DNA from: Eledone cirrhosa
Taxonomy: Eukaryota
Direction of reading: 5' to 3'
DNA length: 64,000 bases
NCBI GenBank assembly: GCA_964016885.1
Contig: CAXHJY010001273.1
Span: forward strand, 1 to 64,000
This document shows, piece by piece, positions 1 through 11,059 of the stretch. Numbering within the stretch: position 1 is the first letter of the stretch; every line of letters starts with the position of its first letter. The notes beneath the pieces are model-generated. The model saw nothing but the letters and a program-made list of their open reading frames with translations, was not told the origin of the DNA and did no database searches. The position numbers and the translations under genes were made by a program.

Positions 1-285
1 CTCCTACTGGCAGGTTTAGTCACCATCTCCCCTACTAATTTGCAACCACAGAATTACTACTGATTTTTGACAATCACTTTGACCATATATGGAATTACCC
101 CTTGAGAAGATCGGCTATTTAAATACCAGGATAAATGTTCATTTAGTCCAGAATTAGCCGTCGAAACGGCTTGAGCTCAGCTGTCGGGGTCTTACTGGTT
201 CCTATTACCCACTCTACTACCTCAAGTATTGAGTACTTTGGTGCGTTATGGTCCACCTGGTTCCTTACCACATTTCCTTCGTTAT
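1..285 (+). repeat. Upstream pseudo-LTR (direct repeat)
   Basis: Matches 3533-3817 at offset 3532; I saw one mismatch (tttagtcacc vs tttagccacc). Confidence 0.95.
97..190 (+). ncRNA. Type I hammerhead ribozyme, U3-A8 core variant
   Basis: Stem I acccc(97-101)/ggggt(186-190); core UUGAGAA (102-108); stem II gatcggcta/tagccgtc; GAAA 163-166; stem III acggct/agctgt; GUC cleavage triplet ending 185. Confidence 0.8.
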
Positions 286-375
286 CTAGCTCCTACTCCC
301 GTAGTAGAGCACTTTCCGACCCTACCACGCCGTATCCAGACTTTTCCGCTAAGCTCAATTCATTTCACCCGCACC

Positions 376-2535
376 ATGCGAAAACACAACATTGACTTCT
401 CTACCAAGAACATCCCAATCCCACCGAAAAAACGTTACCTTCGGATGCTCACGCAAAAAATTGATCTATTTGCGAAAAGACTTAGATGGAGAACTTTTTT
501 CTATGACAGATATTGCGACAACCAAGACTTCGGCACCAAGGAGAGATTCGGATTTATTACCTACAAATCTCCGCCCCTGAACCCCTTGCTCGCACCCTTC
601 GAGAATGACCTCTTCCAACTGGTCAAGAATATTAAATTTAAACCCAGACACAACCGATTCCTACAAAAACTCCGTAGCAACTTAACAGAGTATGATAACA
701 CAAATGACATCATGGTGCATTCGGATAAAACTGGGAACCTATACTTTGTCAACCCTGACAGATACCACACACTGATCAGGAGCAGCCTAAACTCCACCTA
801 TAAAAAGGCCAACCACTCTTGCATCGAGGACATAAATCGAGATGGACAACAAATCACCTCCAGCCTCGGGGTCGCCGACCGCACGGAACCTCTAGACCCA
901 CGGACACCATACTTCACACTGAAGGACCATAAATCCGATTTTGACCGTAAACCCTCCATCAGGCTTATTAACCCAACGAAGTCCGACATAGGGAGAATCA
1001 GCAAAAAAATCCTAGACCGCGTGATACCAAAAGTCAAGCAACACACCCGACTTAGCCTATGGATCAACACCCAGGAAGTAATCTCCTGGTTCAGCAATAT
1101 GGAGGATAAACGAGAAACTAAATTCATACAGTTCGACATAGAGAGCTACTATGCTTCAATCACCTTACCGCTACTTACTGCCGCCTTGGACTTCGCCGAA
1201 ACACTCGTGCCCATCACCGACCAGGAAAGAAAAATCATCCTCCACGCCAGGAAGACAGTCTTACTCTTTGACGACTCTAAATGGATAAAAAGAGCTCCCG
1301 ACTCACCCTTCGACGTCAGCATGGGCGCCACGGATTCGGCGGAGGTCACTGATCTTATAGGATTATTCCTAATAGCCAAACTCACTGATATGTTTCCTGC
1401 ATTCGGTGGTGGATTGTACCGTGATGATGGGCTCCTTACCCTTAAAGGGTACAACCCCAGTAGTACAGATCGGGTCCGGAAACAATTAATCAGATTCTTC
1501 CGCGACTGGGGATTTAAAATAACCCTACAAACGTCCCTGACCCGAGTAAACTTCCTGGACGTAACCCTCGACCTCGAAAACGACCTGTACTACCCATACA
1601 GGAAACCTAATGACAATCTGCACTACATCCACCGCCGATCAAACCATCCTAGGAACATCACAAACAACCTGGTCAAAAACATCTCCCTCCGCATATCCCG
1701 TTTGTCAGCTAATGAGCGGATATTCGATGAACATGCGCCTTATTACAACCAGGCCCTCAAGCGGAGTGGTTTCCGGGAGGAAATATCCTACTGTCCAGAT
1801 CCCATTAGCGGAACCAGCAGGAGACACCGCCGCTCACGCAATGTAACATGGTTCAATCCTCCCCACAACGCAGAGGTGACTACTCCCATCGGGAAACTAT
1901 TCTTTAGGCTCATTGAAAAACACTTCCCATTACAACACCGCTACCACAACATAATTAACAAAAATACCATCAAACTCTCTTACAGCACTACACCAAACTT
2001 CGCACAAAACATCGTCTCCTCTAACAACAAAAAACTCAACCCCGATGGCAGAAATAACCTAAATAGCAGTGGAGAACCGACCAGGAGGTGTAACTGCCCG
2101 GATAGATCTATTTGCCCACTCGACAATAGATGCAGAGACCGTAATGTGATCTACCAGTGCAACGTGAGGACGGATACCTCCAACAAAGCCTATATAGGAC
2201 TTACCGCATGTGACTTCAAGACCCGGCTATACCAACATAGACATACCTTCCGAAACCCGGCCCGGCGTCACGCCACTACACTTTCGGGCCACATATGGGA
2301 CCTCAAGGACAACAACATCACCTATGATCTCACTTGGAGATTACTGTCCAGAGCCAATTCTTACACGGGAGGACGCCGTCCGTGCAATTTATGCTCGGAG
2401 GAAACTTTACAAATGCTGTTTTCGACGGACCAACTCCTAAACAAGAAAGATGAACTGGTTACTGCATGTAAACATAGATTGCGTAGGACTTACCTCGCCC
2501 TCAAACCCCATAATGACCCGGGGGGGGTAGACTAG
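376..2535 (+). CDS. Penelope-like reverse transcriptase with C-terminal GIY-YIG endonuclease
   Basis: Uninterrupted ORF (track starts at TTG 229; first ATG 376, MRKHNIDFSTKNIPIP). RT motifs DKTGN, FDIESYYASI, MGATDSAE, YRDDGL, VNFLDV, YRKP; WFNPP; CNCxxxxxCPLxxxC; VIYQC...YIGLT; R..QH...H; CNLC. Confidence 0.93.
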   Translation: MRKHNIDFSTKNIPIPPKKRYLRMLTQKIDLFAKRLRWRTFFYDRYCDNQDFGTKERFGFITYKSPPLNPLLAPFENDLFQLVKNIKFKPRHNRFLQKLRSNLTEYDNTNDIMVHSDKTGNLYFVNPDRYHTLIRSSLNSTYKKANHSCIEDINRDGQQITSSLGVADRTEPLDPRTPYFTLKDHKSDFDRKPSIRLINPTKSDIGRISKKILDRVIPKVKQHTRLSLWINTQEVISWFSNMEDKRETKFIQFDIESYYASITLPLLTAALDFAETLVPITDQERKIILHARKTVLLFDDSKWIKRAPDSPFDVSMGATDSAEVTDLIGLFLIAKLTDMFPAFGGGLYRDDGLLTLKGYNPSSTDRVRKQLIRFFRDWGFKITLQTSLTRVNFLDVTLDLENDLYYPYRKPNDNLHYIHRRSNHPRNITNNLVKNISLRISRLSANERIFDEHAPYYNQALKRSGFREEISYCPDPISGTSRRHRRSRNVTWFNPPHNAEVTTPIGKLFFRLIEKHFPLQHRYHNIINKNTIKLSYSTTPNFAQNIVSSNNKKLNPDGRNNLNSSGEPTRRCNCPDRSICPLDNRCRDRNVIYQCNVRTDTSNKAYIGLTACDFKTRLYQHRHTFRNPARRHATTLSGHIWDLKDNNITYDLTWRLLSRANSYTGGRRPCNLCSEETLQMLFSTDQLLNKKDELVTACKHRLRRTYLALKPHNDPGGVD

Positions 2536-3532
2536 GGCTATAACACCCCAGTTGCCGATTTTGCAATGGGTAACCCCTGCTTGCCAAGGAAGACGTAAGA
2601 TCTTCTTTGTATTCTTTTATCGCATCCTTTATTTCCTTCCCCCCTCTCTCCTTTGTCCTTCTACCCCAGCTCTTCTCCTTTGTCGGCGTCTTTTCTCGCC
2701 CACCCGAGGCTGCCCTTTGGCCCCATGTAGCCTTAGTACCCCCACTCCCCCCTCCCCTAGTCCTTGATAGATTTGGCGGACTCCGCCCTTTATAGCAGTT
2801 GGCTTAGACCCCGGATACTTGCCCCCCTTTTCCGACCGCTCCCACTATTCTCTGTGCCCTCTATATTTCTTAGTGGCACTTATGCCTTATTTTTTCGTTT
2901 CAGTATTTCTTGCTTCGCTTTTCTTCTGGGCGGGGTGGATTCTGAACTTATTTCTCCGTATTCTACCTTTATTTCGTACGAACTTTCATGTAGCTTGTTT
3001 TAGATCTTTTAGAGTTAGCATTAGTATATATTTTTCCCGGGACTCAGAATTATTATGTCGTACAAGTTCACTTTGCTGCACTGGGTCGTTGCTGGCCCGG
3101 GATGGAAACCTTTATTGTTTATTTCGTGGTAGTCTCTTTAGTATTTTGGCCCCTTTTGTTGACCAGTCACCGTATCATTTACGTACTTATACCTCTTAAA
3201 AGGGTCCTTGCCTAATTCGTCCCACCTAGTTCTTTTACTTATTTCCTTATTTATTTATTTATTTATTTATTTACTTCTTTCTTTCTTTCTTTATTTTATT
3301 CTCGCCTAACAATAGCCTGACACCTAGGTCGTAGAATTTAATTTTTTCTTTACACTTATTTGCTTTTCTTCACTCTCAGTATTTTTTCTTTCCTATTTTT
3401 ACCCCCCATTGTTCTACCTACCGTTCCGACTTCCTCCCCCTCCCCCTCCCCTGTATCTTCTTTGACCTCATGCCCAGCTGTAGCTGGCACTACCAACGCT
3501 TGATTGGGTCTACTCCACCCCCTCCCCTCTTT

Positions 3533-3817
3533 CTCCTACTGGCAGGTTTAGCCACCATCTCCCCTACTAATTTGCAACCACAGAATTACTACTGATTTTT
3601 GACAATCACTTTGACCATATATGGAATTACCCCTTGAGAAGATCGGCTATTTAAATACCAGGATAAATGTTCATTTAGTCCAGAATTAGCCGTCGAAACG
3701 GCTTGAGCTCAGCTGTCGGGGTCTTACTGGTTCCTATTACCCACTCTACTACCTCAAGTATTGAGTACTTTGGTGCGTTATGGTCCACCTGGTTCCTTAC
3801 CACATTTCCTTCGTTAT
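3533..3817 (+). repeat. Downstream pseudo-LTR (direct repeat)
   Basis: Copy of 1-285 ending ttccttcgttat, followed by (AT)n. Confidence 0.95.
3629..3722 (+). ncRNA. Type I hammerhead ribozyme (second copy, downstream pLTR)
   Basis: Same sequence as 97-190; predicted cleavage after C3717. Confidence 0.8.
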
Positions 3818-3914
3818 ATATATATATATATATATATGTCTGTATATATATATATTTATACATGTATGTATATATTTATATATGTATATATGTATCACAT
3901 ATATATATATATAA

Positions 3915-4100
3915 TTGTTTCTACTTTAGGCACAAGGCCAGCAATTACTCAGTTCATTACTGGTACTTTATTTTATCGACCCCGTAAGGATGAAAGGCAA
4001 AGTCAACCTCGGTGGGATTTGAACTCAGATCGTAAAGGGACGTAACTATGCTGGAAAGCATGGCGTCCGACCCTCTACCAATACTGCCAATCCACCGCCC
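3915..4100 (-). mobile_element. tRNA-derived SINE with Deu/Nin-like central domain (octopus OK-like)
   Basis: Minus strand: A box TGGCAGTATTGG, B box GAGTTCAAATCC, then TTTGCCTTTCATCCTTACGGGGTCGATAAAAT; sits in a TA tract; several copies in the window. Confidence 0.85.
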
Positions 4101-4149
4101 TTATATATATATATAATGCATGTCTGTCTCATTTTCTGTCACTTTCGGT

Positions 4150-4426
<277 letters not shown>

Positions 4427-4631
4427 AGACGTGTGTAACTTCGCGGAGAAGTTTCCGTTAATTTATGTAAGAAAAAACGCGAGTTTTTAGTTAAATTTTA
4501 TATCATTGTGTAACTTGACCCCCCGTCTGGACCTTCAGGTGGTGGGTCAACTTATTTTCGCCCCTGTATCCATTTGAAAATTTTTTCTCCATCGAATCTT
4601 GGAAAAAACATTGTAAAATTTTGATTACGTT

Positions 4632-6547
4632 ATGAACGTTGCGTCCAACGATAATGGTGGTGGAGAGGCGATAAGACTACAATGCTCGCAGTCAACAACG
4701 TCTTCTTCACTAAATACTATAGAGATGGAAAGACGAAATGAAAATGTAAAAACGAATTCATATTCAAACAACACAAATGACACCAAACAATTCAATGACA
4801 ACAAAAATAACAGCAACACCAATAATGATGATAAAAGCAACAATGATAACAACAACAAAGAAAAAAATAAAGACAACACCAATAACACCAGCATCAAAGA
4901 CAACAACAACACCAAGGAAAATACGGATAATACCAACATCGGTGACAACAAGAATAACAACAACAATAACAACAATAATGACAACACCACCAATACGGAT
5001 TCCACAAAGAAACCAAAAATCTCCTTTGCAGAGAAAGTTCAAAAAAAGGAAGAATTGATATATCTCGACATAACAAATGCTGAACAACTTTTAAAGGACG
5101 CTAGGAGATATGTCAGTTTCGAAAAAAATGGTGCTTTCAGCATCAATTCTCCGGTAGAAATTCGCAAGGAAACTGCTCTCAAAACGATAGTTTTTGGGAC
5201 AGTTTCCAATTCTACCCGAAAACCAGTCCAATTGTCGCAGAAAGAAATTGAACTGGTTTTCAAAAATTCAATGAATGATATTGCATTCATTCAAAGAAGC
5301 AAACTTTTGGGGAGTATTTCGGTACTCATGAAGGATCAATTGACGGCCCCAAATTACTCTGTGTCGCCAATTGTATCCAACCTGTACACATTTTCCCTAC
5401 ATACATGGGAAAAAGGACACAAAAGATCAAAATCACGAGTGTCACACCAAAGGTGAACATATGGTGGATACTGTGCAGCTTCATCAATTTTGATGAAGAC
5501 AGAATACTGTCAGTAGGCAAGTCCCCCAGAGATGTATTCAATGGGACTAGCATTGAAGTTCTGGTGCAAATGAGCCCAGAGCGAATAGCTATGATCCCAC
5601 AGCGTGTACTCCTGGACAGACTCACCTACATAAACTTTTCGGTTGAGGGTAGGCGGCCTTCATGTTACCATTGCTTTAGCAGGGGTCACCTGAGGGCTTC
5701 CTGTCCTAAATTAATGAACCAAAAAAAGGCTCTTCTGCCGACACCCATCAAAACAACACAACCACCAACATCACCACAACAACAACAACACCAACACACA
5801 AAAATAACCACAACAAACGCAGTCCCACCCAACCCCACTCCACCTAAAACCACTGCAAAATCACATACAGACACAACAGCTCCCCAAGACATACCCCTCC
5901 CCAATCACACAGACGATACAACAGATGAGGCTATCTCGCCATCACCCAGTGAAGACGAGGGAGAACCCCATCGCTCGAAAAGAAAGAAAAGACATCACAA
6001 AAGCAAAAATCCAGCAAACACTACCACAAACATACAACCACCAACACAAACAACAAAAATATCACAAACAAAACCCCCACCTCCTGAAAACAAAATACCT
6101 ACAACAAAACGAAAGCACACACAAGAACTCCAGACAAAAACAAACACAACACAAGAAAATTACACTTACACTTACATAAACACTGAAAACAAAACACTAA
6201 TGGAGACCATCACGAACGACCCTTCGGTTTTCACCGAAGGGAAAACTTTCGCCCACTCTATTAAAAATAGCAAAAAACTGAACCTAAAGCTGATTAGGGT
6301 CCCTATACAAACTTATAGGTCCCTAAAAGAAACATTTGAGAAGGATGTGGGTAATTCCTGCGTGAAACCACTCAACCGCGTCCTTCTCAAATGCCTCCCC
6401 ACCCCAGACACCCGCATCCCACCAGACCCCACCCCACCAAAAATCTGCGTCCCCACCCCGCCGGAAACCACCACCCATCCAGACAACCCCTCCAACACCC
6501 CCATGGAAATCGTGCGGCCTGGTCCCCAGGAGGCGAAGGGTGAGTGA
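4632..6547 (+). pseudogene. ORF1 (gag-like nucleic-acid-binding protein) of copy A, frameshifted near 5400
   Basis: ORFs 4632-5456 and 5405-6547; CYHCFSRGHLRASC (CX2CX4HX4C); Asn-rich and Pro/Thr-rich linkers; homologous to ORF1 of copy B. Confidence 0.85.
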
Positions 6548-6580
6548 TCTCTTTTCCTCTTTTAACTTTTCAGCACCAAC

Positions 6581-9500
6581 ATGGTCAATATAAGAGTTGG
6601 ATGTGTGAACGTACGCGGCCTGGGGATGCCCTGGAAACAGGGCAAACTCTTAAACGACCTCAGGTCGCACAGTATGGATGTGGTAGCCATTTGCGAGTCC
6701 AGGATCCACGGCGAACGACAGCTGGCCCCCATCTTCGATGACTTTGAGATCTACGCATCTCTCTGTCAACCGGGGGGTGGGGGCGGAGTTGCCGTTTTGC
6801 TGCGGAAACACCTGGGCCTCGTAACACAGACGGTACATCTGGACCCGGAGGGTCGACTGGTAGTCCTAGACGTTGACGGTAGTGAAGGTGGAGCCTTCAG
6901 GCTGGTGGCCGCATATGCCCCATCCGGGACACCGCGGCCAGACTTCTTCAAACGTCTAGAGACTTTTCTGGGAACGTCCCGCTCCTTGCTTTTAGTGGGG
7001 GACTGGAATGGAATCCTAGATGCACGTTGGGACTATGTGGGAGCATGTCCCGATAAAGGGGGTGTAACAGCCTCAAACAGTTAATCGACCGATTTGACCT
7101 GGCCGATAGATATCGACTAGATTTTCCGACTGCGCCACTGTGGACGTGGAGTAATCGTATCGGAACATCTAGATCGTACCTAGATAGGGTTCTAGTTAGA
7201 AATAAGGATAGGGACATGTTAAGCTGTCCACAAATGTTCATGGTTGCCTATTCAGATCACAAACTAGTGACCTGCATGGCCAACCTTGATAGAACCCATA
7301 GACAAGGACCCGGCTACTGGAAGCTGAACTTGTCGTTACCGACAAGCAAAGCCTACAGTAGACGGATTAGCACTTTAGTTAAACAGCACTTGACAGGGGC
7401 CATTGTCAACAACAGATGGTGGTACTCTCTCAAGAGGGCAGTTAGATTAGACTCGATAGTTTTTAGTAAAGAATTAGCGTTAGATAGAAATAGAACCGAG
7501 AAGGAACTGGTAGATAAAGTAGAAGAGGCAATTAGAAGTGGCAACGTAGCCAGCGTGCTAGCAACGAGAACGGCCTTGGACCAGTTCTTCGACGCAAAGC
7601 ACGAGGGCTGCGTCGTCAGAAGCAAAATACGTGCTCTGGGAAACGAGGGAGCCAAAGCTGTTAGCTGGGCCCGAGTGACGGAGGCAAAAAGTGGCAACAA
7701 GTCCACGATTCGGTCTTTGAAGGACCAAAACGGACGCGTGATACGTGAGCCGAAGCAGATGTGTGCGGCACTTTGCTCGGCTGTTCGGGGGGAGCGGCGC
7801 GCCGGGAGAGGCTATGGATTTCGGTTCATTCCTCGACGGCCTACCGCGACTCTCGGACAGCGAGGCAAAGTTCTGCGAAAAGCCGATTTCAGCCACTGAG
7901 ATAGGGGACGCGCTGAGCCAATGCGGCAAACGCAAATCTCCAGGTCTCGACGGTCTACCCTACGAATTTTACGTAACAATGCCGGACTTATTCTCCGGTC
8001 TCCTGGAAGCGGTCTACTGCAACTGGCAACAGAACGGGAGAATTCTCAGTTCTGTAACCGGGGGCGTGGTCACACTAATCAGGAAGGACGAGAATAAGGA
8101 GGATGACATAGGCAACTTCCGGCCCATAACTCTGCTAAAGACAGAGTTACAGATTTTGGCCAAGGTGTTGGCAAAGAGGCTGGCACTTGTCGTCGAGAGC
8201 CTGGTGGGAGAAGCGCAGACATGCGCAATCCTGACCAGGTCCATACACGACAACCTCCACCTCATGCGATACATCATAGAGAGGGTAGGGTGTAAACCTG
8301 GCTTCGGTGGGGCCCTGATCAACTTGGATCAGTCTAAGGATTTCGATAGGGTTGACCATCGTTACCTGGATGCGGTGCTCGAGGCGGCAGGCTTCGGACC
8401 CGTGTTCAGGGGCTGGATTGCTGCAATGCACAACAGCAACATCTGCTCAAGGGTCAAGGTGAACGGCTACCTCTCGGAGCCGTTCCATATTACGCGATCC
8501 ATTCAACAGGGATGCCCTCTCTCCTCCCTTCTGTACGTACTGACTCTCGAGCCACTACTGCGGAAGCTGGAGCTATTGCAGAGCATCCCCCTGGAACCGG
8601 GACTGCGAAAAGCGGCGTCGGCAGTAATGGTGTCGAGCGCCTCGCAAATCGCGGAAGTCGGCACCTTACTGAAGTCTCACAGGAGCGAAGCTGAACCGGG
8701 ACAAGTCCATCGGTTTGCAACTCGGATCGTGGAGAGGCAGACCGATGCCTTCCGATGGCGTCGTCGGACGCTGGACGGAAGGACCGGTAAAGTTGCTCGG
8801 GGTCTGGTTTGGTCCGGACCTCCAGGTGGAGAAGAACTGGAACGAAGTGACGGCCAAGGTGTTTGCACTCACCCAGAAGTGGGCCGAGTGCAAACTATCC
8901 TTGAAAGGTCGAGCGGAGGTGGCGAACACTTTTATAGCTTCCGTCATCTACTACCGCTTGACCGTCGTGCCTTGTCCAGCCAAAACGCTCGCCAAAATGG
9001 AGCGCGCGCTCTTCCGATTCCTTTGGAAGAGGCGGGCTCTTTTGGTGAGAAGATCCATCTGCTGCCAACACCCTTCTAACGGAGGGCTGGGGATGCCGTG
9101 GTTGACGATGCGCAAACACGCGCTCAGGCTGCGGCATCTCTACGTATTCCTCACCGGACAACCGGTGTGGGCCCCGTTCGTGAGGCGAGCCTTCCCACGA
9201 CTCGTCTCTCTGACCGAGCTGCTGTCCTGGGTCAAGCAAAGACCGAGGAAAATGGGCGACTGGCACATCGAATGTGCTCAGGCGCTCACAGCCCTCTGGC
9301 AGGCGGACCCGGCGATCAGTGGAGACTCCACTTCGTCATTCTATAGAGGGTTGGTCCGCAGCAAGTGCGACGACGCGCTCGGTGAAACTCTAGGCGTAGA
9401 GGAAGATGAACTGGCCAGTCTGTTCGGTAGGACCTTCCGCCCGGGACCGATGGACAACTTCTAAAAGTCCCTGGCCTGGCAGTGCTACCGAGGAGCTCTA

Positions 9501-9977
9501 CCAGTTCGAGACAAGCTCTACAGACATGGGCGCCCGGGCAGGGACCCTGCAAAAAAGATCTGTCCGAGGTGCGTGCGAGACAAAGAAACCGTCGCGCACG
9601 CATTCATACACTGCCCGGGCGTCACTGACCTGTGGGGCTATGTAGAACGACTATTGTCGCGGGTGGGACCAATCCAGTTGACCACCGAGTCCATTGTCAT
9701 GATCAAACCGCCACCCTCCTTCAAAAACGAAGGAGAGGCGGTTTTCCTTTGTGTGATAGCTATGGCGAAAGAGGTTGTATGGTGGACAAGGTTGAAAGGG
9801 CTGAGGTCAGACACCTTTCTCTCCGGCCAACAACTGATTCTTTTTTTCAAATACCACTTTGGAAGAAGAATCAGGATGGAGTGAGAGGTGCTGTACCCCA
9901 GCAAGTTTTATGAAAGGTGGGTGAAAGTGGCGAGAATGGCCCGAGTGAATGGGCCTTCTCTCTATATCAGCCTCTAG
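6581..9977 (+). pseudogene. ORF2 (APE endonuclease-RT-zinc finger) of copy A, multiple frameshifts and stops, YADD deleted
   Basis: NVRGL, GDWN, SDHK, KSPGLDG, FRPITLL, QGCPLS, GGLG, CPRC..ETVAHAFIHC spread over several frames. Confidence 0.9.
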
Positions 9978-10226
9978 GTTGAGGAAAAAGAGGAAGAGAG
10001 GAAAGGGGTACAAACTCTTCGTACTCCTGGAGATGAGGGTTGCACATTTTCTCGGGGTTATGTGTTACCCATATGAACTGTCTCCCCCTATTGGGGAAAA
10101 TTTTTAAATTGCATTTGTGATAATATTTTACACGTTTGTATTGTATGTAAACTTCCCCCTTTGTATTTGTCCCCTTCTTTTGTGCCCCTGTGGCTAATAA
10201 AGAAACATATCTATCAATCTATCTAT

Positions 10227-10436
10227 TGGGCTTTCTCTCTATATAAGCCTGTAGGTTGAGGAAAAAGAGGAAGAGAGGAAGCGAGTACTCACTCTTGGTG
10301 CTCCTGGAGATGAGTGTTGTACATTTTTTCGGGGTGTGTACAACGCCCCCCCCCCCCCCATTTTCATATACCTGTATGTAAACTCCCCATTTGTATTTGT
10401 CCCCTTCTTTTGTGCCCTTGTGGCTAATAAAGAAAT
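10227..10436 (+). mobile_element. 5'-truncated Tx1-like 3'-end fragment in tandem with copy A
   Basis: Diverged repeat of 9950-10206 (gggc.ttctctctatat.agcct.taggttgaggaaaaagagg ... tggctaataaagaaa), flanked by TATC units. Confidence 0.88.
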
Positions 10437-10643
10437 TTATCTATTTATCTATCGATCTATCTCTCCTGTGTGTTTCAATGAAAACAACAACAACAACAGC
10501 CTCCACCAAACAATAAATACAAAACAATAAGAACAAACACACAAACGCTCTAATACAAATAAATACCAACTCTAACTCCAACACAGAGGCCGCCAGCATA
10601 TCGCCTTTAAATGATACTGTACCCCGCCCCTTCTTTCCTTATT

Positions 10644-10712
10644 CTGCTACTACTATTACTACTACTACTACTACTGCTGCTACTACTACTGTTATTGTTG
10701 CTGCTGCTGCTG

Positions 10713-10776
<64 letters not shown>

Positions 10777-10777
10777 C
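10644..10777. repeat. (TAC)n/(TGC)n microsatellite
   Basis: Direct reading. Confidence 0.9.
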
Positions 10778-11059
10778 ATAAACATACATAAACACAGACA
10801 TGCATACACATATACATGCATGAATGCATGCATAATACGAACATACATACATACATATATACAGGGTGGGTGGAAAGGAACTCCCTATTGGAAATTCCTT
10901 ACAACGTGAGACAACATCAATGACCTCATGCAAAATGGGGCCCCTTCTTCATTTTACACGCACTCTGTGACTGGCTTGTGAGTCCAATTTGCAGGACATT
11001 GGCTGGGTCGTCGAGGTCCCCATGAATGGTCAGCAAGAACCCCTGTACATGACCAAATA

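Larger units (their letters stand above)
1..3817 (+). mobile_element. Penelope-like retroelement (Naiad-type, endonuclease-positive); upstream repeat probably extends left of the window
   Basis: Single RT+GIY-YIG ORF between direct repeats 1-285 and 3533-3817; hammerhead motif in each repeat; ends in (TA)n. Confidence 0.93.
4427..10206 (+). mobile_element. Tx1/L1-clade non-LTR retrotransposon, full length, decayed (copy A)
   Basis: ORF1 with zinc knuckle plus ORF2 with APE, RT and C-terminal zinc finger; (TATC)n on both sides; 3' end AATAAAGAAA. Confidence 0.92.

Noticed and set aside
229-375. N-terminal extension of the PLE ORF from TTG 229
   Set aside because: Non-ATG start from a bacterial-style ORF caller; the recognisable Naiad-like N-terminus begins after ATG 376
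376-2600. Selenocysteine recoding/SECIS as in some Naiads
   Set aside because: No in-frame TGA in the ORF
1-3817. LTR retrotransposon interpretation of the direct repeats
   Set aside because: No TG...CA ends, PBS, protease, RNase H or integrase; a GIY-YIG domain is present
3915-4100. tRNA genes at A/B-box-containing segments
   Set aside because: No cloverleaf; the heads are fused to a SINE core and are dispersed with TSDs
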